Origin: Octopus bimaculoides
Taxonomy: Eukaryota
Assembly: GCF_001194135.2 (NCBI RefSeq)
Contig: NC_068997.1
Span: 30,545,547-30,609,546 of the forward strand
Direction of reading: 5' to 3'
DNA length: 64,000 nucleotides
Below are positions 24,044 to 35,483 of this stretch, piece after piece. Under the pieces are notes generated by a model. It saw only the letters and a program-made list of their open reading frames with translations, ran no database searches and had not been told where the DNA came from. The position numbers were made by a program, and so were the translations under genes. Numbering within the stretch: the stretch's first letter is position 1; the number at the start of each line of letters is the position of its first letter.

Positions 24044-25189
24044 ATGGGCAATTATGGAGTGAATTTTAGGGCTTATAAATCTAATATTCTCCTATCCTTC
24101 CTTAATACCAGTTCCCATATGCTGCTCATATCTGCACTTGGCCTGCTTAGGAGGTTGTTGTGTCCAAGCATATGTGCTGCTTCTTTTAGTTTTCATATTT
24201 TCCAGTGGTGTTCTCTGTTTATTATTTTAATTTCATTCGACAGGGGGATTTGGTCTCCATTTTTCCATACATGATCAGCTATACCCAATTTATCAATATC
24301 TCCTCATGTCACAGCTTTGTGATGTTCCTCTACCCTTATTTTGAGGGGGCGACATGTTTCACCTTTGTATTACCTACCACAGCTGCATGGGATGGAGTAC
24401 ACGCAGTCCTTAGTCATATTCTCTTCTGTTGGTGGTTTTACTCAAAAGAGATATTTGCGAAATGTATTACTTTTGAATACTGTCCTGATGTCATATGGGC
24501 CGCATATCTTTTGTATCTAATCGTAGAGGCCTTTCACATATGGTAGACAGACTGTGGACAGTTTATTGGTTTCATCCTCTCTTTTCTTCATAATTGGAGT
24601 GGAGAGTATGCCTTTGGGGTAGATTGCTTAATAGATTGTTACTGAGCTTGATCATTTCTTTGTGGTGGGTACTACGATCGCTACTTATATTTATTGCTCG
24701 ATGTTTTAGGCACTGAGCAATCCCTCTCTTTACACTGTATGGATGGTGGGAGTTGAAGATGAGGTATCGTCCAGTAAACGTCAGCTTGTAGTATACGGAT
24801 GTCCTGAATCCATACTTGGTGCATATTATTAATACGTCCAGGAATGCTAGCTGATTGTCTTTTTCTTTCTCCATTGTGGACTGTATGGATGGCTTAATTG
24901 AGTTCACATGATCTAACAGCACTTGGACATCTTCCTGGTGGGGGCCAGAGTATAAAGGTGTCATCAACATATCACAGCCATAGGTTTGGTTTTAGTGGTG
25001 TTGATCTTAAATGTTATATTCTAATGGTGGATTGACAAGTAACATTACATTTCATATTAAAAAAAACACATAAAAGCTAATGTTTTCTGTTAAATAATAC
25101 AAAAAACTCATTTGGTACTGATTGGATGGAATTGTTTAATTTATGGGACCTCCCCATAAATCATTTCTGTAAAAATGTGAATGGTTTTT

Positions 25190-25465
25190 CCTCCAATACA
25201 AATAAGTCGTCAGACAAATTTAAAAAAAAAAATTAAAAGATATTTTTCTTGTCTATCCGATAAAGTAAGTCTATATACCAAAATGAAGGCCCGGTTTCAA
25301 ATAGAAGAAAACGCCATACCGTCATTTAAAGAGAAATGAATGGTACCATTCACAGTATAAGGAGACTAGAGAAAATTGGAGTTATCCAGGAAATGGAATA
25401 CTCTGAATGGGTATCACCAGCTGTGTACATTAAGAAAAAGAATAATAAAATTAGTGTGTGCTAAT
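25190..25465 (+). mobile_element. Gypsy RT N-terminal fragment
   Basis: KMKARFQIEENAIPSFK..LEKIGVIQEMEYSEWVSPAVYIKKKNNKISVC. Confidence 0.8.
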
Positions 25466-25899
25466 TTTTTTTCACTGGAATTGAACCCTAAGCGCAAGAG
25501 ATATTAAAACTCAGAGCAGTGTTCAATTCTAAAAAGGGGAGAAGATAGGGGAGACTGATTCTAAAAAGGAGAGATGTTGTAGAAGGATTCTGACTACCCC
25601 CAAGTAACTAAAGGTGGACTGGCTCATTGTAATAAATTAAAGAACAGTAAGCAATTGGAAGTTCATGTTGATAGCTTTTTTGAGTAGTAGCGTTCACAGT
25701 TGAAATTGTACCGTTGCAGATAGTCATCCTTTGTTGAGGGTCCTCCCTAGTGGGGTGCCTGTTGTTGCTGATTGTTTGCTTTTGTTTTTGTTTTTTCTCC
25801 CCTGGTGGGGGCAAAAATTGCAACAAGTAGTGGAGAAAGTGCAAGTGCATGCTGTGGTGGCTGTGCTGCTGTGGATGCTGTGCTGCTGTGACAGCTATG

Positions 25900-26640
25900 C
25901 TGCGGTGGCAGGCCACGAAAGTGTTGTGAAAGCCGTCAAACAGCTCGAAGTTGAAGAGGTGACCATGGACTTGGAGGCAGTGGGGAACGGCGGAAATTTG
26001 TTAGAGAAAGAAGGTACAAGGTTGAGGCTGGTGGGTGCAGTAGAGGTCGTAATCCAAGCCACCGTGGGTGATCTCCAAGAAATGACAGAGGAAGTCGTGC
26101 TCTCAGACGATGTGAGGCTGTGTGTGGTGGTGGAGGGAGGACCCCCACATGTTGTCACTGCAAGGAGAGTGGTGACATTGGGGAAAGTTGCCCCCTTCTC
26201 GATAGACAAACATCAGTGGAGGTGGGACACAAGGGGGCCAGTAGCAGTGAGAAGCCAAAGGAAGATGCAGAGGAGGTAGACACAGATGAAGTGCAAACGC
26301 AAAATAAGAAGAGGAAACAAATCAAGAACTCCGCACCCCCTAAAGACTTTAAAAAAGGAGGATAAGAGAACTGAGTAGTGCACAGACGCCCACACTGCAA
26401 CTAACACATATGAATACACCAAACAGTTCAGAATCCCCAACTAAACATACACCCACATGTGCATACAGTCCAGTAACCCCAATAAAAGCACTCACAGACA
26501 CTGCACATGCACGAAAAATTTCAGACAGTACAGATTCACTAATAGATTTACAAAATAGAGAAAATGAAAGAGTTATTAGAATCAGAGAGGAAGAAAATAT
26601 CAAAGTCCCAGGTATGGAATGTATTGATAGAAAAAAATAA
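25900..26640 (+). mobile_element. L1/Tx1-like ORF1 fragment with decayed zinc knuckle
   Basis: IQATVGDLQEMTEEVVLSDDVRLCVVVEG, then after a frameshift RTPTCCHCKESGDIGESCP (CX2CX4HX4C spacing with H replaced by D) and a basic, low-complexity tail. Confidence 0.6.
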
Positions 26641-26747
26641 TTAAAAAAAATAATTGATAGAAAAAATTATAAAAAATTAAAAGCCAATTTTGGTGATGAA
26701 ATAAACACATTAGAGATGGAAGTAAAATATCGGGAACGTTTGCCACC

Positions 26748-27118
26748 TGTGGTGGATTTTAAAATACTAAAGCTGTATCATTACTAGATAACTATTCAGT
26801 AAGAGATGGATAAAAACAGATTTAAATGATACTACTCGAAATTGGAGTCAAGTAGTAGCCATCACATCTTCATTGTATAATTTCATATCATTCATCCGTT
26901 TATGTTGTTGTCTCCACTTGTGCTGTCTTGTCTGTCCTTGTTTGTCCCTTGTATGCTTTTTGTAGGCAAATAAAGAGAAAAATTCTTGTTGATAAGCAGT
27001 TCACTGTTAGCCATGACAGAGCATTGAGTCACGCATAAGAGTAATTGTAGTGCGTCGTGTATAGACTTTCTTTCCCCTGCTTCGTTATATTATATGTCCA
27101 ATAGAATGATATAAAAAT
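26748..27118 (+). mobile_element. LTR-like segment, partner of 23198-23420
   Basis: Starts TGTGGTGG and shares taagcagttcactg.tagcc.tgacagagcattgagtca..caatagaa..tataaaa with 23296-23420. Confidence 0.5.
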
Positions 27119-27213
27119 ATTGAATTTATTTGCAATAGACTATAACCTATAAAAGACTGGTTCCCAATTATGTATGCATAAAATTAACAAGGTATTCTTA
27201 ATATTTCATTTAA

Positions 27214-27401
27214 GACGGCAAGTTGACAAAAACTTTAGCATGCTGAACGAAGTGCTTATTGGAATTTCAACGGTTTTTACATTCTGAGTTCAAATTCTGC
27301 AGAGGTCGACTTTGCCTTTCATCCTTTCGGAGTCAAAAAATTAAGTACCCACCCAACTACCCAAAAATTTTGGGCCTTGTGCCTAGAGTAGAAAAGAATA
27401 T
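27214..27401 (+). mobile_element. tRNA-derived SINE, second Octopus-type family
   Basis: gacggcaagttgac..ttctgagttcaaattctgcagaggtcgactttgcctttcatcctttcgg..aattaagtac..ggccttgtgcctagagtagaaaag; same family as 61004-61210. Confidence 0.8.
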
Positions 27402-27453
27402 TTTGTTTCTGCTCTGTATGATATGTTTAGATTTTTCTGTAATAACAACTTAC

Positions 27454-27628
27454 TTGGGATATTTAGGTCTGTAATAGTATTTTCAAACATTCTTCTGAAC
27501 TCCGTTTCTACTCCAGAAGTTTCTTGGGTACCATCATCAACAAGAATAAAATGTGAATGATTAGGATCCAAAGCAGATGCTGTTGAGTCAGAGTCATGTT
27601 TTATCTTATACTTTGCAGGCCATGATCC
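27454..27628 (-). CDS. TRPM: TRPM channel exon (MHR1/2-SLOG region)
   Basis: ttctag|GGA start in phase 0; GSWPAKYKIKHDSDSTASALDPNHSHFILVDDGTQETSGVETEFRRMFENTITDLNIP contains the TRPM signature LDxNHSHFILVDDG; ends A|gtaagt in phase 1; 175 nt. Confidence 0.95.
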
Positions 27629-27779
27629 CTAGAAACCAAATCAATATCTTAGTTGTTATACATATTATGAACATCATTTTCATCTAAGTGTATTTATTCT
27701 GACACAAAAATATATACAGCAAAAAAGGAGAAAGGAAAGAAAGACAAAGAAAGAGGAGGAGAGAGACAGAGAACAAATC

Positions 27780-29990
27780 AGTATATGGTTGCACTGGTAG
27801 AAGGGGAAAACTGTGAAATTTGGTTTGATGTTACCTGCACATTTCTCTTTGTGTTCACTTAGAGGAATTTGTATTCCGGGAACCGGACCTGCTCTTTATG
27901 TAGAGTGGTTCTCCGTCTCAAAGTCATACTCGTCTGTCCAATATAGTGTTGTCCACAACTCGAGCAGGTTATTACATAAATTAGGTTCTCAGAGGCACAA
28001 GTGAAACCGGTTATAGTTGTGAACCTCTCTCCTTGTTTGAAAAGGAAATCCGAGCCTTCAAATAGGTTGGGGCAGGTTCCACAGTTTAGACGTTCACAAT
28101 ATTTTACTGTTGGTTTTGTGGTTGTTTTGTAAAGCTTTGTATTTGTTAGAAATCTCTTTAGCGATTTGTGTTGCTTTTTGCATTCATTTTTGGGTCTCTA
28201 GTTAGTAAAGGGAGATTTTACACAATAGTGTTGTATACTTCACTGTTTCTAGGTTTGTGGGTTGATATAAACAAGAGTGTTTTGAAATGAGGTTTAGTGT
28301 TATGTTTTGTTGTCCTTAGTATTTTTATGTCTAATTTCTTGGCACGTTTAATTCCCTGATCTATAAGTAACGGTGGATATTGTCTTTCAGGAAGCATTGT
28401 TTTGAAGTCTTGAAGAAAAAGGTCCTAAGGAGTTCTATCAGACATTATTGTGCACATTCTTTTGCAAAATTAAACGGGATATTTATTTTGATGTTTCGGG
28501 AGGCATGAGCTTAAGAGGAGATATTGTTTCAAGTCCGTTGGTTTATGATAGATATCAGTTATAATTTGATTGTTGACTTCTTTTTATCATGATGTCTAAA
28601 AATGGGAGCTGTTCTTTGTTATATTCCACTGTGAATTGAATGTTACTATTTATATCATTTAGTGTTGATTTGAAGTCCAAAACTTTCCCAATTGTCTCCT
28701 TCGAAATGATAGAACAGTCATCCAGGTACCTTTTCCAATTTTCTCTTACGTAATGTTGAAAGGGATAACCATAGTTTTCCAGTGACACTTTATATATGGT
28801 GAATTCAAAATAACCCATTATCAGGTTCACAAGAACAGGGGCTGCTTTCGTTCCCATCGCAATTCTTCATTTTTGACGATAGTATGTGTCATCAAATAGG
28901 AAATAATTGTTCTGAAGTATAAATTTTAAAGATTCAATAATAAAGATTTTATTTATGCATTCCAAGCATACTTTGGGGCACTTTTCCAACCAGAATTTGA
29001 TTGCTTCTATTCCATAGTCATGTTGGATGTTGGTGTAAAAATTGATAACGTCGAAGGAAACCAATATTACCTCTTCCTTAATTGTTTTTGGTAGGTGTTC
29101 TAGCATGTCTAAATCGTTTCTAATAAAACTTTTGATGTATTTCAGCAAGGGTTTCAGTAGGATGTCTAGAAAATTGCATAGAGGGTGGGTTTCACAAACT
29201 GGGCCAGTTATAATGAGCTTTAAAGTTAATTCTTCTGGCGTTTGGATATTTATGTATTTGCTTGGTGATTGCAGGCTTCATCGATTATTTTGCTCTTGTA
29301 TATTTTAGGTAGGCCGTAAAAAAAGACTTGGTTTACATTTGAAGTTCGTGATGTAGTCTGTTTCTTCTTCCGTCAGGCCTTTTCCATGTAGAAGTATTAG
29401 GGATGCAAGATTTTTCATTGTTTTTTGTTGTTTATAGTGTATAACAGTGGAGGCGCAATGGCCCAGTGGTTAGGGCAGCGGACTCGTGGTCATAGGATCG
29501 TGGTTTCGATTCCCAGACCGGGCGTTGTGAGGCTCCGGCAGGGGATGGTGGCGAACCCTGCTGTACTCTTTCACCACAACTTTCTCTCACTCTTACTTCC
29601 TGTTTCTGTTGTGCCTGTAATTCACTGTGTCACGCTGAATATCCCCGTGAACTACGTTAAGGGTACACATGTCTGTGGAGTGCTAAGCCACTTGCACGTT
29701 AATTTCACGAGCAGGCTGTTCCATTGATCGGACCAACTGGAACCCTCGACGTCGTAAGCGACAGAGTGCCAACAACAACAACATAGTGTATAACATTTTC
29801 GTGGAAGGCATCATTTTCTAGTATGGATAACACTAGGTTTTTATAGTATTCTGTGTCCATCAGGACTACAGCACTTCCTTTGTTGCTTCTTTGATTGTCA
29901 GGTCTTTGTCGTTTTGTAGTTCAATTAGATTTTTCCATTCTAGATTATTGAGGTTCGAATTAATTTTTCGTTAACGGAAAGTGTATGGTA
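27780..29990 (-). mobile_element. Penelope-like element (RT plus GIY-YIG), degenerate
   Basis: LVSFDVINFYTNI, NYFLFDDTYYRQK, MGTKAAPVLVNLIMGY, WKRYLDD, QFTVEYNKEQLPFLD, NCGTCP..ASENL.YVITC. Confidence 0.92.
29447..29782 (+). mobile_element. Full-length tRNA-derived SINE with (AAC)n tail and 13-bp target-site duplication
   Basis: Head GGCGCAATGGCCCAGTGGTTAGG..GGTTTCGATTCCC; identical ATAGTGTATAACA at 29434-29446 and 29783-29795. Confidence 0.93.
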
Positions 29991-30025
29991 AATTTTTGAT
30001 ATGGGAGCAGAAGTCATCCAGTTCC

Positions 30026-30134
30026 AAACTGTGGAACCTGCCCCAACCTACTTGAAGGCTCAGATTTCCTTTTCAAACAATGTGAGAAGTTCAAAATTAA
30101 AACCGGTTGCACTTGTGCCTCTGAGAACCTAATT
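30026..30134 (+). repeat. Inverted copy of the PLE endonuclease-linker segment 27979-28087
   Basis: The reverse complement matches 27979-28087 with 9 mismatches in 109 nt (hand count). Confidence 0.9.
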
Positions 30135-30924
30135 TCTCCTCAAGAAAGTTTAAATAAAGAAACATTTTTCATCAAAAAATACAGAAGAGAACACGTCTAA
30201 ATTTGCACGCATAACCAACTTTTATCTCTTTGATTACNNNNNNNNNNNNNNNNNNNNNNNNNNNNNNNNNNNNNNNNNNNNNNNNNNNNNNNNNNNNNNN
30301 NNNNNNNNNNNNNNNNNNNNNNNNNNNNNNNNNNNNNNNNNNNNNNNNNNNNNNNNNNNNNNNNNNNNNNNNNNNNNNNNNNNNNNNNNNNNNNNNNNNN
30401 NNNNNNNNNNNNNNNNNNNNNNNNNNNNNNNNNNNNNNNNNNNNNNNNNNNNNNNNNNNNNNNNNNNNNNNNNNNNNNNNNNNNNNNNNNNNNNNNNNNN
30501 NNNNNNNNNNNNNNNNNNNNNNNNNNNNNNNNNNNNNNNNNNNNNNNNNNNNNNNNNNNNNNNNNNNNNNNNNNNNNNNNNNNNNNNNNNNNNNNNNNNN
30601 NNNNNNNNNNNNNNNNNNNNNNNNNNNNNNNNNNNNNNNNNNNNNNNNNNNNNNNNNNNNNNNNNNNNNNNNNNNNNNNNNNNNNNNNNNNNNNNNNNNN
30701 NNNNNNNNNNNNNNNNNNNNNNNNNNNNNNNNNNNNNNNNNNNNNNNNNNNNNNNNNNNNNNNNNNNNNNNNNNNNNNNNNNNNNNNNNNNNNNNNNNNN
30801 NNNNNNNNNNNNNNNNNNNNNNNNNNNNNNNNNNNNNNNNNNNNNNNNNNNNNNNNNNNNNNNNNNNNNNNNNNNNNNNNNNNNNNNNNNNNNNNNNNNN
30901 NNNNNNNNNNNNNNNNNNNNNNNN

Positions 30925-30985
<61 letters not shown>

Positions 30986-32755
30986 GTATGTATGCATATA
31001 TATTATCATTATATACATGCATGGATGTATATACTTCTACATAGTAGTGGGACGTTGGCCCTGAATGAAAAGATATACGAAGGTTAGACAGGTTAATTCA
31101 TAGAATATTTGATAATCTGGTCTATGATCTACGACTTTGACAATTGTCTGTTTCTCTCTATATCTTTATATTGTAGTGTTTCATGTCTCTATATTTTATG
31201 TAAGTAGATATAAATTTAGGTGTGTGTATGTATGTTTGTATGTATGTATGCATATATGTGTGTGTGTGTGTATATATCTATATATATATATAGATATATA
31301 TATATATATGCATATATATGTATGCATATATCTGTGTATTTGTTTATATATATGTATATATAGATATATGTGTATGTGTATATATATGTGTGTGCGTGTA
31401 CGTATATGTGCGTGCGCATGTGTGTGGGCGTCTTGTAGTTACTCAAGTTGATTGGGACGAGGCTGAAATGGGGTGACGACAGATTTACGACATTCTGCTA
31501 TCCTGTTATTTGTTTCCTTAATTTCATACAAGAGAGAAGATAACAGTTTAGCTGTAAAGCCCCTTGGAACAATTCATGGTCTCACCATGTCTGTGATTCT
31601 TATAAGTTCCCATAGCCTATATTTGCTATAAACTAATTTAGATTAGTATTTTGAAATTAATATAATCATTTAATCTCTTTACTTCTCGAATGCACATTAT
31701 AGCGTCTCCTCATTTCTCTATAAATTCGAATGTTATTCTCAAAATACTACTTTTCCAACAACGCTGATCGGATCCATCCCGATGAATATATCTCTCCTAT
31801 TTGATATCTATTTAATATGGCACCTGAAGATGGCAGACTGCGTGTTTTGATGTAATATATGAATACATCTATAAAATTCTACTGGAAGAACTGACAGAGA
31901 TCAAAACAGTTTGATTCAAAAGAAATGGAAACCTCCCATTTCAGGGTTATATTACTTTTAGAGCATTTTCCCATTGTGCACCGTTTTGGCTATTTATGAA
32001 GGTAAACCAAAAAACAGCATATCTCAGGAGTCCGTGATCTGCTTGATGCGAAATTTGTTTTATTCTGTTTGTATTCACATTTCAAGGGTACCTTACTTTT
32101 AGAGTATTTTCCTATTATGTGTCGGTTTGGCTGTATTAACTTACAGACAGGCGTGCACGCAAGCAAGCAGACAAATAAACTGGCACAACTATAGATGTGT
32201 ACTCCTCCGAATTTGTTGCCTTATAACTTCCAGAAAAATGGATAGTTTTTAACGAAATTTTTAACAAGTATCGCTCAGGTGTTGTGAATTTAGATTATGA
32301 AGAGATTTATGAGAAATAATTTTTTCAAGTGAGTAGGGAGAGGAGTTTAGGAAAATTCACATGATCTAAATTTTTTCCCTCAAAACTTTCAGGAAAATGG
32401 ATATCATTTAATGAAATTTTATACAAATACCTTTCAAACTACATAGATTACGGTTATAAAGAAATTTGTAGGGTGGAGAGAGGAGTTTCGAAAAACAGAG
32501 TTAAGGATCAGAAAGACCAAACTTTTTTCCTGTACGCTTATAGACACGTACAAGGAACTTTATATGTGCGTGCTTGTGAGTGTGCACGTGGATGCATGCG
32601 TATGTAGATATATGCGTGCATATATAGAGATATGTGCGTGTGTATATGGATATATGCGTGCATGCAATAATATACACGCGTTTTGAACTTGTAACTATGC
32701 AGTAATTTCCCATTGTTTTTAACGGTCATTTTTCACAGGAATTTTCAAATGGCCG

Positions 32756-32816
32756 GATAACTGAAGAGATGTTGGCGTGGGCTCCCACCCTGGCATCCGA
32801 AACTTGGAGTTTTATC
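32756..32816 (+). ncRNA. Type I hammerhead ribozyme motif, nearly intact, in a non-coding PLE-terminal or retrozyme-like element (about 32500-32915)
   Basis: GATAA/TTATC stem I; CTGAAGA 32761-67; GATGTTGG/CTGGCATC stem II with an inner GTGG/CCAC hairpin; GAAA 32799-802; ACT/AGT stem III; GUU triplet ending at 32811. Confidence 0.85.
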
Positions 32817-32959
32817 ATGGCTACTGAATAAGTGTCAAATATTTTTACAGAGAAATTCTTCTATTTGCATAATATCGAGGTCTTTTTCTTTCTTTTGTTG
32901 TCCTTCCTGTCAAATATATATATATACATATGAGGTATTTCGTGTTGCAACTTGAGGTA

Positions 32960-35439
32960 TTTCGTGTTGCAAGACAGTGTGTGAGAGAGAATTGTGATGT
33001 CGTCAGAGAGAAATGTGTTCGCATGGATGATGGTATGCTTGCACTAAACGAAGCTGCAAAGAAAGAGGTATGGAGACGCCACTACGAAAGGTTGCTCAAT
33101 AAAGAGAACGAATGGGGGAAAGAGAGTCTGCCGATTGTCGACCCAACAGAGGGACCAGCTATCCGAATTGACAGTACCATGGTAGATAAAGCAATTAAGA
33201 GTATGAAGACAGGGAAAGCCCCCGGCCCATCAGGAATTACTGCAGAGATGCTTAAAATATCAGGTAGTGTCGGCTATAGCCTAGTCACTCGTATTGTTAA
33301 CCAGGTGATACATGAAGGAGTTATACCTAATGACTGGTGTAGCAGCACCATAGTCAACTGTTACAAAGGTAAAGGTGATGCTTTAGATACAAATAATTAC
33401 AGAGGTATCAAGTTGTAAGATCAGATAATGAAGGTCACGGAGAGGGTCATAGCATAACTATTTAGGGAGCGAATCAGTTTAGATGAGATGCAGTTTGGGT
33501 TCGTGCCAGGGAAAAGCACCACTGATGCTACATTTCTGGTAAGACAGCTGCAGGAGAAATACCTAGCCAAGGATAAACCTCTGTACCTGGCTTTCGTTGA
33601 CATGGCAAAAGCTTTTGACAGGGTCCCCCCGATCCCTTATCTCGTGGTCAATGAGGAAAGATGGTTAGTGAGAGCTGTGCAAGCCATGTACAGAGATGCT
33701 ATCAATAAGGTGAGGGTTGCCAACGAGTACAGTGAAGAATTCCGGGTAGAGGTAGGGATCCACCAAGGTTCAGTCCTCAGACCCCTCCTATTTATCATAG
33801 TCCTCCAGGTGATAACAGAGGAATTCAAGACAGGATGTCCCTGGGAGCTCCTCTATACTGATGCCCTTGCACTAATTGCTGAGACACTATCAGAACTAGA
33901 GGAGAAGTTTCAGGTGTGGAAGCAGGGACTAGAATCGAAGGTCTTTAGAGTCAACCTAGCAAAAACTAAAGTCCTAATAAGTAGGAAGGTAGACAACACA
34001 CAAACCCCTTCAGGTAGATGGCCCTGTTCGATCTGTAGAAAAGGCGTGGGTAGAAACTCTATAAGATGCTCCCAGTGCAAGCTATGGACACATAAGAGGT
34101 GCAGCAATATCAAAGGAAGGTTAACTAGGAAGTTAGTTTTTGTATGTAGCAGATGTTCAGGAGCTATAAACACTGTAAATGTGCAGAAAACAACTTCTGC
34201 CACATTCCAGGAAGAAAAAACTAGACGTAGTTGATAGCTTCCACTATCTAGGTGACCAACTTAGTAGTGGGGGAGGGTGCGCTGAAAATGTAGCTGCTAG
34301 AATAAGAATAGCCTGGGCAAAGTTCAGAGAGCTCTTACCTCTGCTGGTGACAAGGGGCCTCTCACTCAGAGTAAAAGGCAGACTGTATGACGCATGTGTA
34401 CGAACAGCCATGCTTCATGGCAGTGAAACATGGGCTGTGACTGCTGAGGACATGCGTAAGCTCGCAAGGAATGAAGCCAGTATGCTCCGATGGATGTGTA
34501 ATGTCAGTGTGCATACTAGACAGAGTATNNNNNNNNNNNNNNNNNNNNNNNNNNNNNNNNNNNNNNNNNNNNNNNNNNNNNNNNNNNNNNNNNNNNNNNN
34601 NNNNNNNNNNNNNNNNNNNNNNNNNNNNNNNNNNNNNNNNNNNNNNNNNNNNNNNNNNNNNNNNNNNNNNNNNNNNNNNNNNNNNNNNNNNNNNNNNNNN
34701 NNNNNNNNNNNNNNNNNNNNNNNNNNNNNNNNNNNNNNNNNNNNNGTGGTGAGGCACGACCTCAGAACATTGGGCCTCACCGAGGCGATAACTTCTGACC
34801 GAGACCTTTGGAAATATGCTGTGCGTGAGAAGACCCGGCAAACCAAGTGAGACCTAAATGTAAGGCCTCAGCCAGTCCACTTATGCTTACCTTTCTTCCT
34901 TCATTGGACACTAAACTCCACTTGCGAAGACCTGTTGAGGCAAGTGAAATCAAAATCGAGTTAAATTGGACACTAAACTCCATTTGCGAAGACCTGTTGA
35001 GGCAAGTGTTAAATTTGACGTCTGGCACCCATGCCAACGTCGTCTCCCTCATTGAACACGAAACTCAGACAAGCGAAAGTGAAATTGTGATGGCACCTGT
35101 GCCCAGCGTCGCCTTTCTCACACTTGTGCCCGCGGCATGTGTAAGGACTTTCGAGCGAGATCGTTGCCAATGCCCCTGGACTGGCTCTTGTGCGGGTGGC
35201 ACATAAAGTCCACCATTTTGAGCATGGCTGTTGCTAGTACCGTCTGACTGGCCTTCATGCCGGTGGCACGTAAAAAGCACCCACTACACTCTCTGAGTGG
35301 TTGGCGTTAGGAAGGGCATCCAGTTGCAGAAACTCTGCCAAATCAGATTGGAGCCTGGTGTAGCCATCTGGTTTCACCAGTCCTCAGTCAAATCGTCCAA
35401 CCCATGCTAGCATGGAAAGCGGACGTTAAACGACAATGA

Positions 35440-35440
<1 letters not shown>
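32960..35440 (+). mobile_element. RTE LINE, 5'-truncated, with full 3' UTR and (GAT)/(AT) tail
   Basis: Same family as 12610-15790: GKAPGPSGITAEMLK, FVDMAKAFDRVP, HQGSVL, PHD-like finger; stop at 34848-50. Confidence 0.95.

Positions 35441-35476
<36 letters not shown>

Positions 35477-35483
<7 letters not shown>

Larger units (their letters stand above)
23760..24970 (-). mobile_element. Penelope-like element 3' portion (RT end, GIY-YIG, terminal repeat with tRNA-like head and hammerhead)
   Basis: NSIKPSIQSTMEKEKDNQLAFLDV, VYYKLTFTGRYL.FNSHHP..VKRGI, CVYSIPCSCG..YKGET.RPLKIRVEEH, RKLKEAAH. Confidence 0.92.

Noticed and set aside
29447-29525. Functional tRNA gene (also considered for 23968-24043)
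   Set aside because: The cloverleaf does not close. This one continues into a SINE body with tail and TSD; the other is embedded in a PLE end.
31824-31915. CTGAAGA followed by a hairpin and AAAAC
   Set aside because: No GAAA and no convincing stem I or II closure.
1831-34745. Long ORFs containing runs of X (for example 1689-3662, 15752-16807, 30197-31018)
   Set aside because: They only span N gaps and are not evidence of coding sequence.
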